A stretch of 64,000 nucleotides of DNA from Azolla caroliniana. Lineage: Eukaryota > Plantae > Polypodiophyta. The position numbers were made by a program, and so were the translations under genes. Under the pieces are notes generated by a model that saw nothing but the letters and a program-made list of their open reading frames with translations, did no database searches and was not told the DNA's origin. This document shows positions 52,649-64,000 of the stretch, piece by piece. The stretch is taken from NCBI GenBank assembly GCA_043228905.1, contig JBHGNT010000006.1, forward strand, positions 12,958,001-13,022,000. Direction: 5' to 3'. Each line of letters starts with the position of its first letter. Position 1 is the first letter of the stretch.

Positions 52649-53370
52649 ATGTCCGTACGTCTTTATGAGGAGGAGAGGTACATGGGCAAGCTCGAACGCT
52701 CCCTCGTCACGAGACGACCAAACGTACAAGGAAGACACAAACACACGCACAAAATGCTCGTACGCCTATATGAGGAGGAGAGGTGCATGGGCAACCCCGA
52801 AACGGTCCCTCGCCACAAGACGGCCGAACGTACAAGGAAGACGCACATGCACACACAAATGCTCGTACGTCTTTATGAGGAGGAGAGGTGCATGGGCACG
52901 CCTGAAACGCTCCCTCGTGACAAGACAGCTGAACGTACAAGGAAGACACAAACACACACACAAATGCTCGTACGCCTTTATGAGGAGGAGAGGTGCATGG
53001 GCAAGCCCAAACGGTACCCTCGTCACAAGACGGACGAATGTACAAGAAAGACACAAAAACACGCACAAATGCTCGTACGCCTTTATGAGGAGGAGAGGTG
53101 CATGGGCAAGCCCGAACGGTCCCCTCATCACAAGACGGTCGAACGTACACGGAAGACACAAATACACGCACAAATGCTCGTACGCCTTTATGAGGAAGAG
53201 AGGTGCATGGGCAAGCCTGAACGGTCCCCTCGTCACAAGACGGCCGAACGTACACGAAAGACACAAACACACGCACAAATGCTCGTACGTCTTTATGAGG
53301 AGGAGAGGTGCATGGGCACGCCCGAAACGCTCCCTCATCACAAGACGGCCAAACGTACAAGGAAGACACG
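52649..53370. repeat. Tandem array of 7 x 105 bp units, each with hairpin potential
   Basis: Units start at 52649, 52754, 52859, 52964, 53069, 53174 and 53279. Confidence 0.97.
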
Positions 53371-54314
53371 AATAAAGAAAGAAGGAGAGAAAGAAACACA
53401 AATGATATCGACCAAAGAGATAAACACGTGTTCGATTCCAACGCAAGAGGACTCTTTATAAAATAGGGTTTTGTTTACAATGGCAACTTATAGTTAACCA
53501 CAAGCTCAATCAAAACATAAATATTAAATGCCCTTAGAGGCAAAAGCAAATCCGAACACGGCGAAGATGAACACACGAGCACCACCAAAATGCCAATCCC
53601 AACGAACCACGACCTCCCGAACGGCGAGCACACGGGCTCGCAACGTCGAACGGGACGGAGCAACATCGAACCAACGAAGCTCGGGCTCACGAGCACTTCG
53701 AGTGCCGACGCGAAGAAGACGAGCACGTGGTGATGGGGGGATGAAGGGGTATGAGATGAAGAGAAGTGGTGAATAAGAAGATGGAGAGCTTCGAAGGAAA
53801 ATTGGCGATAGTCTCCTCCTACCAAAACATCCTCCCGAATGAGCCCCCCTCGACCTCGAAGGGGGGGTTGCCAAATTTTTCTTCAATGAAAAAGGAATAA
53901 AATTCCTTAAAGCACACTACACTGTAAGACTAGATTTGAACTGTACACCTTTAGGTGGTAGTCAATGTGACTATCCACTAGCCCACTAACTCTCTCTTAT
54001 GTAATATATAATTCTATCTCTATAAATTAATAGTCTGTCTCCCCTCTACGTTTTATCTCTCCTCTCTCTTACTTTTTGCACGAGCTTCTATACCTCCTTT
54101 CCACCCATTCTTTTCCTTTTTATTTTGCATATCCACAATTAATCGCTTTTGTGTGCACACACATTGCACATGCACATTTTGACCCCCCTTTTGCCGGTTT
54201 CTCCCACCGTCAAGCACGCCACATCACGACAACGCTTCTTGTTCCTCCGGATATGTGGCGTCCCTCGTCCGAGGAGCACCTGCGATGGCCCGCTTAGCCT
54301 CCGTAGACCTTCAC

Positions 54315-54430
54315 GTTGTCCCTTGTCGTTTGTCGCCTTTATCCCCTCGCCGCCACTTTCCTTCTCCTTGGTTGCTGTCCCTTGTCGTTTGTCACCTTTA
54401 TCCCCTCGCCGCCACCTTCCTTCTCCTCGG
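54315..54430. repeat. Tandem repeat of 2 x 59 bp
   Basis: TGTCCCTTGTCGTTTGTC...CCTTCTCCT at 54317 and 54376. Confidence 0.85.
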
Positions 54431-57400
54431 TCTTACATTGCCACGTCAACTTCAACTACCAAGGTCTCAAGAACCGGTGTGGAGCATCCCTCTCCGGCCT
54501 TCTACGCGAGATCACCTGAACCAACAACCATCCTTTGCGCATGTAATCCCGCTCTGGCACCTCCGTGTGCCGCGCATTCCCTCCTCGTTGTTCGGGACCG
54601 CTCGTGCCAAACTCTGATTACTTCCCATGCACATGTTGTTGGCCCCTTCAGGGTTGATCGCCACAAGTCTCAAGCCGGACTTGATCGATTGATGTCGGTC
54701 GGCTACATTCCGAAACTCTAGGCAAAGACGAACTTCTGCGAGCATTGTTGATATGAGAAGCAGACCCGTAGTCCACACTCTCTCCACTACGAGATGGTAC
54801 GAGAACCCCTAGAGCTCATGCACACAGGCATATGTGGGGCCATGCCAGAGTGATCACTAGGAGACTCCCGGTACTTCATCACATTCGTAGATGACTGTAC
54901 ACGGAAAGTTTGGGCATACTCCATCAAGTTCAAAGATCAAGCGCTCGAGGTCTTTACTCGATGGATATCTGAAGTGGAGAACCGGTCGGGATACAGAGTG
55001 AAGACACTTCGATCCGACAATGGAGGTGTACTCACCTCCAGGGCCTTCAAACAGTACCTGTCCGGAAAAGGGATCCGACACCAAAAGACTGTTCCCTACA
55101 CACCCATGCAAAATGGAGTGGCAAAACAATCCAGGAGAGGGTGCCGGCAATGCTCCAGCAAGCCGGACTGAAGTTGTAATTCTGGGCCGAGGCTTTGCAA
55201 ATGGCAGTGTACCTAATAAATCTGGCACTGTCAAGAGAAATTAAGCTTGAAGTGGCACAGGCACTATGGTCAGGCAAACAACCGACCTACAATAGGCTCT
55301 GTATATTCGGATGCGAAGCCTGTGCATTTATCCGTAGGGACAAAAGGATGAAGTTGGCACCCCATGCAACAAAGTGCATATTTCTCGGTTATGGAACCAA
55401 TGGGGACTTTGGTTACCGGCTATGGGACCCTGAGAACCGGAAATTGATCCGGAGCAACGACGTAATCTTCAATGAAGACTCTATTTTCTCTCAGCGGAAC
55501 CAACAGAAAACAATTGGTAAGAAGGTATCCTTCGAAGATGACAACACTGTTGTAAAAGGATCGACCCATCGGGCCGATTCGGATACTCAACAAATAGTCG
55601 AACTCCAACAAGCTACCAACTTCCCTACCGACACCGAATCGGTGATAAGTCCTATCGTCGAACTCAAAGACAAAGTCATCAAAGACACAACTGAATTGAC
55701 CAGGATCGATAAAGGCAAAGTCACCAAGAGACAAGTCAGAAAAGAGTTGACGACAACCATAGGGGAGGACAACCAGACACCGTCGAAATCCCAATCTAGG
55801 GGCGATACACCTAACAAGACTCCTAATACAGATGGTTTAACTAATACCGATCAACCAAAAGAGTTGATCGAAGGATCCAAACCAAACATATCGGCACACA
55901 GGAGATCTGGACGAGCTCGAAGGCAAACAGAGGTCTACCAATCGGGCCTCGACTACGTCAACTACATGGATGCAGGCGAACCAAGTGCCTATGAAGAAGC
56001 TATGGCCACATCGGATGCCGCAACATGGCTACAAGCCATGAAATCCGAAATGGACTCGATTAATCAGAATCAGACATGGGAGCAGGTCGAACTACCAGCT
56101 GGAAGGTAGCCGCTACCTTGTAAATGGGTTTTCTGATACAAGTATGTATTTGACTCAAAGAAACCCAAGTACAAAGCTCGACTTCTCGCGAAAGAATTCA
56201 AATAGGAATATGGGGTCGACTACGACGAGATATTCTCACCAGTAGTTAAGATGACCACCCTCCGACTCCTACTAGGAGTCGTGGCGACAAAAGATCTAGA
56301 GCTCGCGCAGATGGACGTAAAGACGACATTCCTACATGGAGATCTGGAAGAAGACATATACATGTATCAAACGGCAAGCTTCATGCGACGGGGGAGGACA
56401 GTCACCTCGTATGTCGACCAAAACTCTCAGATTCTCCCAGTCCAAATACATCTGCAAGGTGTTGAAGCTCTTCAACATGGAGAATGCGAAGCTAGCACCG
56501 ACACCGCTTCCGATTTCGATTGGACTATCGGACAGAGACTCTCCTTCAACGGACAAGGAGAGAGAACTTAATGGAAAGATACCCTACGCATTGGCAGTAG
56601 GAAGTATCATGTACGCAATGGTGGCGACCTGACCTGATCTAGCTTATGCCATAGGGGTGGTCAGCCGGTACATGTCAAACCCAGGAAAGAAGCATTTGGA
56701 AGCCATCAAGCACATCCTTAGGTATCTAAAAGGAACCTTGGATGCACAACTAACTTTCGGATTGACAACCTCAGCCGAAGTCGAAGGCTACATCGATTCC
56801 GACTATGCCGGAAATGTAGATAATCGGAAATCGACATTAGGCTACATTTTCACCTATGGTGGCGGGGCGGTATCATGGATGTCGAAACTTCAAGAGTGCA
56901 CGACTCTGTGTACCACAGAAGCCGAGTACATAGCAGCATCGGAAACAATGAAGGAAGCGATATGGCTGCACCTACTAACTATCGACTTAAGGAACTGCAA
57001 ACCAAAACGACCGACCAATGCCGGCCATCTATTGAAGTGCGGTATCATCATATATCTAGGAGCTCATAAACGAAAAGAAACTCGAAGTCCGAAAAATCGA
57101 CACTGAGGTGAGCATCGTTGATTGCTTGCGAAACCACTCCCAGATCTACGCTTCGGAGCACAAAGGACGAAAATGGGGTTACGACAAGCGACCGAGCAGA
57201 AGAAAGCCGAGCGAGGAGCAAAAGGTAAGATCTAATCGAAACAATAACGACACATCCTATACATGTACCAATTTGGATGCATGCCGACCGACTTGTAACA
57301 TATAAACTTAGATCAATTTTGTAATCTAGGCTTATGGGGGAGATAACCCCAAATACTTGTACATGCAAGAAAGAGTAGTCCTTTTACAGGGGACTTTGTT

Positions 57401-58336
57401 GGCATAAAAGGCCGACTCCTTCCAAGTTGTATCCGTCCAAGTGTGAACTCGTTAATAAGTTAGGGCTTAGTATATAAGCGAATACCTAACATTGTCATGA
57501 GTGATGACATATAATGAGAAGAGTAAGTCCACGCCTATTCTATTTTCTATTTTCTGTCTGGGTTGTTTGTTGTTTAGAAACGACAACAGATCCATACACG
57601 TTTCTGCAAATCGTACACGTTACCCCCATAGTCGTTGCCTCCGTGTTCCGTATCTACATTTCCTCTCTACTATAGTGATCTGTTTTCTCAGGGTTTTTGG
57701 ACCCCCTTGGTTTTTTCCCATTTCGGCTTTTCCACGTAAAATATCATTGTCTCTGTGTCTTTACATTTGACTGTCTGTGTACTAGTTCTTGATTGATTTC
57801 TGCAACACTAATACGTATGTGAAACCAGTTGTGTCCGGTCGATTCCTAACAAAGTGGTATTAGAGCGATGGAAGACTCGTTCGGCGGCATGTTTATGTTG
57901 CCTCTTAGGAACACGGTCCGTGGTCAGTCCTTCGACCTAGACCCCAAGGTGGGTGTGGAACAACGAACAGAGCTTAAGCGTACTACGTAAGGAGAGAACC
58001 TCTGTGATTCCTCCGGGTGTATGGGGAGACGGCTACAACCGACTCCTTATCACAGGTTGCACTTACGTACTACTACACTTATGTATCTGAGACACAGACA
58101 CTGAATTAGTCGCAGTTATACACAGAAACTCAGAGAAGATAGTATTTTATTATCAGGCGTTCTTTTTCATTTCCCAAAAATTACACGCACCTCCTTAAGA
58201 GGTTTTCTGCCCTTTATATATGTAGGGTCTAATTAGCCGTTCACGCTTCTCGCGTGAACTGTTACATACGTTACGCTTATATAGTTTCTTATTCCTACGC
58301 TTTTGGCTGTCGGTTACTATTCCGGCGGACAACACC

Positions 58337-58377
58337 TGGCACGCCTGTGGGGCAGTGCATTTGCACGTCGAACCCAT
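58337..58377 (-). other. tRNA 3'-half-like element ending in CCA (inverted PBS) at the PPT position of G3
   Basis: The minus strand reads ATGGG TTCGA CGTGCAAATGCACT GC CCCAC AGGCGTG CCA, gg, TGTTG. The plus strand reads LTR-CA cc TGGCACGCCTGTGGG. Confidence 0.75.
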
Positions 58378-58381
58378 CCCA

Positions 58382-61227
58382 TTAATCTTCTTCCAAAATG
58401 GCTCGGATGTTCGGCTTTGTTATGGTGTCCTCGTCCGGAGTTGATGTAGGGCCCGTAGGTGCATCGTGGTGTGGCTCCTCTATTTGGTCGAGCTGGTTTC
58501 TCCCGGAGTCGCCGTCGTTGTGTGTGGGTGGTCCGGGTACGATGGGCTCTTCTTGAGTTAGTGGGTTGGGCTCCGTCGGTAGCGTGCTTGTAGTCGGCTG
58601 CAACTCAACTTCTATTGTTACGTCCGTCGCGGTGTTGGCCGTTTTTGTGTGTCCCTGGGCATGGGGCGAGGATTCCGCCTGGTCCGCACTATTTTCCGCG
58701 TTTTCTGAAGATGGTGTGGGCTAGACTTCGTGTTGGTTAATGGTTTCGCTGTCTGGTCCTGTGGGGAACTCCGCACGTTCGTCCCCGCTATTCTCCCCCG
58801 TTGTCCTCCCTGGTGATCGGGCCTAAGGTTCCTCTTCTTTGGCTGTGACCGGAATTGGTGTCCCGCTGGGTTCCTCGTTCGTGTGCGTGTTGCCGGTTTG
58901 TGTGATCTGGTGAAATAGCTCCTCCTGACTTTCACCAAAATCATCTAGGAGTTGTGCGAGTTCTTCGGAGTGTTGGTCTGCTAACGCGCGATAGTCTTGC
59001 GCTAGGTCCTCCCGTACGGTCGCAATGCTCTCCTCGTTTAGCTTATAAAACCCTCGGTTGTCTTTCCGCCGGTTCTCCCAGTCCGCACGATACGCGTGCA
59101 ATTCCCCTGCTTGGGTTGCCCACGCCATCCATCCTTTGTCCAGCGCCGTTTTCAATTGCGCTGTGAACCTTTCCTGGTTGGTCTGGAGAAGGATGCGCAC
59201 GTTATCCGTGATGGCTTGGTAGCGGTTGCGTGCGTCTTCCATCGACTTCTAGAGATTCACGATTTCCTGTTGTTTAACGGCTGCCGCTTCCTCGTACGCG
59301 GCTTTCAGGCCCGCCCACAGCTGGGATTCCTTTTCATGTTGTTCTTCTAATTACCCCATTTCATTGTTTAGGCGGATTTCGAGTTGATGCCTTCTATCTT
59401 GTTCAACTACCAACTGCTCATCGAACCATACCTTCTTTTTTTCTAATAAGGCCCGAAGTCCCGCTATTGCCGCCTTTGATTTCTTCGCGTCCTCTCGTAA
59501 TTGGGCGTTGTCGTCTTTTGTCCGGATGTGCTGGGATACCTCCGTAGCTAGTTTCTCTTCAAGCGTTTTTACGGCCTTTTGTCCGTTAGCCCGTATCTCC
59601 TTTTCTCTGTCGGAGGATTGGCGTAGTTCTGCTCGAAGACGGTCAATTTCGGATTCCGCTAGCTGCACGACCCTTTTTGCTTTTGAGGCGATGGCGGTCT
59701 GAGCCTCGATTTCTTCTTTGAGAGCGTTGATAACGTGGTTCGGTGGCAGGGTTTCGTGTTGCGCCGTAGTCGTGTGAGCTTCCAACTCCGCGATGCGTGC
59801 GTTGGCCTTTTGTAGTTCGGCTTCCGTCAGTTTCACCTTCTTCCAGACATTCTTATTTTTTATGGCCATCTCCTTGGCGCCTGTGCTGACCTTTGCCAGT
59901 TCCCGATGGACTTCGACTAGGGCTGTGTTTAAGGGTGGTATCTCCATCCCTACTTGCCGTACCCCGACGTTCCTCTATCTGCCGACCCTGGCTAGCCGGT
60001 CCTCATCGTCGCTCTCCGTTGTTTGCGTTAGGGCGCGCTCTATCATCTGACTTTCCGCATGCTCCTCGGCCATTCGTTGGGCGGCTTTGACCTGTTGTGT
60101 GGCCAGGAACTCCATGAGCTCGAAAGAGGTATCGAACTGCAAGAGGGCGCTGAATTCGTGCGCCATATCCGGAATATCCGGATATGCCAAAACCTCGCTT
60201 TCCGCCGTCAATATGGCTTTCCCTCGTTGGGACTGAGTCGTAATAATCGGCCGCGACTCCCGGATGATTTCAAAGGTGGTATTCGGCTCTGTTGTTGTGG
60301 GGCCTTTGCTTGCGGTCGGTGCCTCCCGATCCGTGGGGGCGTTTTTTACCAACCCCCACCCATCTTTTTTGTCCAATCTGTGCCATTTCGGTAGGAGGTG
60401 TTGTCCTTGGGCCTAGTTGGGCCGGTTGGGGTTCCTCCTCCCACTCTGGGGCCACTAACTCCGCTAACCTGTGTTTCGCGGAGTGGGGCGGGGCCATGGG
60501 TTGGCTGGGCTGTGGTGCTGGCAGGCCTCGGGGTGGAAACAATACCGTAAGGTATTGTTGGATGATTGGCCTGAGCTTTTTGCCTGCTTCGTACACATGC
60601 AAGCCTTCCCTTAACGCCGGCCCTGTGATGACCCCCCAGTCAACTGTACGCCCTTCAAAGGTGTCGATAATGATGCCCGCCTTCTGTTTAGGGCATCCCG
60701 TAAGCGTTGACATGGACGCAGCCGACTTCCAGTAGGAACTTGGCAACTTCACGGAAGAAGGGATCCGGAATCTGTTTTGTTCTATAGGCCTTGGCGGAGG
60801 ATGAATATGGGCCAAAATACCGCTGTAGCGCCTTTGTAGGAGGTATTTCGAAATGTCTTTCGCCTTGTGAGGATAAGTCTAACTTCTTCCGAATGGAAGA
60901 GTTGGTGACCGTGTCGATGTTAAGCCGCTTGGCGATGTCCATGGCTTCCGGGTGCGGAGGTGCTTCTGCGACCAGAATGTAACCATCCAGGCGCTTCTCC
61001 ACGAGCCATCGGCGTAGGGCAGTAGAGATGAAGATCGGCATTGCCAGAGTAGGTTCGTGGAGAGGAGACGGGTAACAATGGTGAGTTGGAGCTCTAAGAT
61101 ATGATGGGGAAGAAGGTGAGGAGGAGCGATGGGAGCGCTGATAGCTAGACGATGTGTTTCTGCTTTCTACAGAAAATCTTCTGTTTCCTTCTTTTTGTGG
61201 CTTAGGGATCATTGGGTGGTGAGCCAT
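58382..61227 (-). pseudogene. Extra ORF of G3 (about 950 codons, several disruptions)
   Basis: ORF pieces 60688-61296, 60270-60815, 59975-60376, 59351-59947, 58823-59242 and 58382-58603 are collinear with G1. Confidence 0.85.
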
Positions 61228-64000
61228 CGTGGTGCCGCGTGTTCTTGAACTAGGAGTTTGTGCATGCCTTTTTTTTTTTTTAATAGTCGCTATCAAATGC
61301 CGTCACTCCCTTTGTGATATAAATTCCCTTCGACCAGGCAGAAGTGACGGCTTCGGACGACTAGTCGTTTCTTCTCGTCTGTGCGTAATTGTGGTGGAGG
61401 TAGTCCTGTAGTTAAAAAGTACGTCATTTCCATAAGCCATCGATTCGGAAAGGTGGATTCCGTTTTTTTTCCAAATGTCGCTGCTCGCCAGATGTCGGCG
61501 TCCGGAAAATCTTCATCGTCTTTTTGTACTGTTTCTCCATTCTCAAGTCTGCTCAAAAAATCTGCCACTGCGTGTTGCATCCCTGGCCGATGCTGAATTA
61601 CGAACTCGAATTCTTGGAGCAGCAACATCCACCGCGCCAATTTCCCTGTCAAGGCTTGTTTCTCCACCAAATACAATAATGCCGAATGATCCACGTGGAA
61701 CGTGAATTTCCGTCCTAGTAAATAATGTCGAAATTTATTGATGCTATAGATCATCCCTAGCGCCTCCCGCTCTGTTGTGGAATAGTTACACTCTGCTGCT
61801 GACAATTTCCGACTTGCGTAGTATACTGGCCTGTACCAGTTTGGTTCAGTGAGTTGCATTAGCGCGCTTCCTATTGCTATGTTCGAGGCGTCGACGAACA
61901 TGTGGAATGGCTTTGCCCAAACTGGAGATTGTACGACGGGGGCCTATGTGAGCATTATCTTCAGTGCCTCATAGGCCTTATCCTCCGTTGCAATCCATTG
62001 GAAAGGAGTCCGATGTACGGTAGCGTGTAATGGCGTGGCGAAGTCCGCCAAATACCGTATCATCCGACTATGCCACCGTATTTGGCCTAGAAACCGGCTA
62101 AGTGATTTGGCATTTGTCGGAGTTTTAGCTTGCGTAATAGCGGAGATCTTGTTTGGGTCGACCGCTATTCCTTCCTTGCTGACAATGTGGCCTAGGAGAG
62201 TCCCGTTGGTCACACCGAAGGCACATTTCGCAGGATTCAGGCTTAAGCGTGCGGTGCGGCAACGTTCCAGGCACAGATGTAAGTGCGGGAAATGGTCTTT
62301 TGTTCGCCCATATACCGCAAAATAGTCTAAAAAGACTTGCATGAACGCCAGAATGTATTCCCCAAAGATCTTTGTAATCGTTCGTTGGAATGTTGCCGGC
62401 GCTATCTTTAGCCCGAACATCATGACGACCGCCACATAGACTCCCCAGTCTGTGAGAAATGCCGTCTTCTCCTGGTCCTCGGGGTGCATGCGTACTTGGT
62501 TATAGCCACTGAAGCCATCTAAGAAACTGTACATCTCATGGCCAGTGACAGCGTCCAACACGCTATCGGTGAAGGGTAAGGGAAATGCGTCTGTAATGGT
62601 TACGACGTTTAATTTCCGGTAATCCATGCATACCCGTATTTTGCCGTTTTTCTTTGGGACAACCACTATCAGGCTAAGCCATGTCGCTTGTTTCACTGGT
62701 CGTATGAACCCCGCCCTCAGCAGCTTGTCAATTTCTTCTTTCACGCGGGTCGCGTAATTGGGGTTCATGCGGTAGCGGCGCTGCTAGACAAGTTTCGCGT
62801 CCGTTGCTAAATTGATCTTATGCTTATAGAACTTGGGATCTAACCCCTTCATGTCCTCGTGAGCCCACGTGAAAACATCTTTATATTCCGTGAGTAGTGC
62901 GATCATTGTGGTTCTCTGGTCCGGCCTCAATTCCTTTGTTATGGAGAGGAACTGGGGTTCCGATCCCGTACCCACATTCACTTCGTCGAGAGCAGAAGCG
63001 GTGACTCGTCGTGAAATCTCCATTTCCCTTTCGAAGGTCGCTTGTGCTCTGCTGAGTTCCCATATGGACTCTGGGTTTGGTTCGTACGGCTCTTCGTTCG
63101 GAACAATGGCCATAGTATATTCTGTCGCAGTTGCGATGACATCTATCTTGAACAACGGAATAATCAGAGGATGTTCGTCAAGGTACGCTTCCAATTCGGC
63201 ATCCTCCACCCCAGCCAACATATTGATGTCTTCCGCATACAACGGTGTTATCCCCTTAGGTTGTGGCGTGTTGCCTTTCGTAGGTACAAAAACCTTGGTG
63301 CGTCCATGCCAGAAACTGATACACTCTGCTTGATATTTGCTGTCCAAAGCCATGGTCTGCCCAGAAGCACTGCCCAAGCAAGGACGACCGCCGATATGTC
63401 GAAGCAGTGTCCGCCCATGATGATGCCTATTTTGCGAATTAGCCCCAACGGTCGCACTGATCGGGTATCTGCTATGCGAAGCCAGAATGAACACGCCTCC
63501 CATTCGGAAATGCCCAACTGTTCGCAAGTTTTTGCGCTGATCACATTGATGCCTGAGCCGCCGTCGATTACACATCCAGGAACATCCTGTCCGTGCAATA
63601 TTACTGTAATGGCCGGGTTGTGCTGATCCACCACTGGTGGTCCCTCGATGACGTCTGTTAGGATTTTGGCAACACTTGCCCCGGTCATGCCCGCCACGTG
63701 TGCTTCCATGGTCTGGCGGAAACGTGGAACTAGCTGTAGCAGTTTTTCCATAGTTAGCGTGATTTCACAGCCCGCTAACACTTGCCAAATGGGGTCCGGC
63801 CCCGGTTTTTCGTTCTTTGTTCACTTCATTGTGTTCGCGGACTCTTGCCTCATACGTTCCGTATTGGTCGCGTTTGCTTTTTCCACCTAGGCTTGGGCTT
63901 GTCGTCGTACCTTGTCCTGCGCAGTCCAATCCGCCGTTTTCGTTTGCTGGCGTGTTGTGACTTGTTGCACCTCTGTCATAATTGTGTTGACGGCGGGCCC

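Larger units (their letters stand above)
52139..54650. mobile_element. Composite insertion replacing the Copia D gag C-terminus and protease: a probable long LTR (-) plus unrelated fragments
   Basis: Starts TGTGCC right after gag SWEV. A minus-strand AAACCCTA/TATAAA lies near 53455-53473. Copia resumes at HKSQAGLDRL. Confidence 0.5.
50126..57630 (+). mobile_element. Ty1/Copia element D (LTRs 50126-50417 and 57397-57630), TSD GTCGT, with two nested inserts
   Basis: TSD at 50121-25 and 57631-35. PBS TAGTATCAGAGC at 50420. Gag KFDGKKFALWK, INT LRSDNGG and [30 protein letters not shown]...TTEAEYIA. Confidence 0.93.
49791..57895 (+). mobile_element. Ty1/Copia element E 5' end: LTR split into 49791-50125 and 57636-57851, PBS 57855-57866, gag start MEDSFGGMF, interrupted by G3
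   Basis: LTR TGTTGGGAAA...CCTAACA and PBS TGGTATTAGAGC. The gag start is homologous to MEESFSGMF of Copia C. Confidence 0.8.
57896..64000 (-). mobile_element. Ty3/Gypsy copy G3 (G1 family): end of gag, PR, RT, RH, integrase deleted, extra ORF, 3' LTR 57896-58334
   Basis: PR VIDGGSGINVI, RT ORF 61944-62768 (DYRKLN, FLDGFSGYNQ, FGLKIAPATFQR), RH ORF 61293-61901. The LTR is homologous to 4070-4541. Confidence 0.95.

Noticed and set aside
52649-53370. CRISPR array or tandem hammerhead ribozymes (some units contain CGAAACGGTC; the minus strand has GTGAYGAG)
   Set aside because: There are no unique spacers or cas genes, and the context is eukaryotic. The CUGANGA core is absent and never sits on the same strand in the right order with GAAA.
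52649-53461. 270-aa repeat protein and overlapping ORFs
   Set aside because: The open frames follow from a stop-poor unit whose length is a multiple of 3. No recognisable domain is present.

Overview
Eukaryotic, TE-dominated plant genomic DNA. The organism is probably a non-seed land plant such as a fern; this is an inference from the transposon mix and microsatellite style. There is one intact host gene, a 4-exon PIP2 aquaporin (43622-46065, +, 283 aa). The rest is mostly nested, decayed retroelements, and several boundaries are fixed by LTR pairs and 5-bp target-site duplications (TSDs). These include three Ty3/Gypsy elements (<1-4541 +; 30074-38865 -, complete with TSD TTGTA; 57896->64000 -), at least five Ty1/Copia elements, solo LTRs, one L1-like LINE and RTE-X-like LINE copies. 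The top finding concerns the three Gypsy copies, which come from two diverged families. None has a polypurine tract next to the 3' LTR. Each has instead a tRNA 3'-half mimic: a T-arm carrying an extra covarying hairpin, then an acceptor strand ending in CCA or a decayed form of it, exactly 2 nt before the LTR TG. On the opposite strand this reads as a second, inverted primer-binding site (PBS). It follows the stop codon of a conserved extra sense ORF (about 930-950 codons in two copies, about 680 in the third). Together these suggest a dual-PBS or tRNA-mimic plus-strand priming system. A 7 x 105-bp hairpin array inside a probable long LTR and tRNA-derived Pol III-like heads are also noted.
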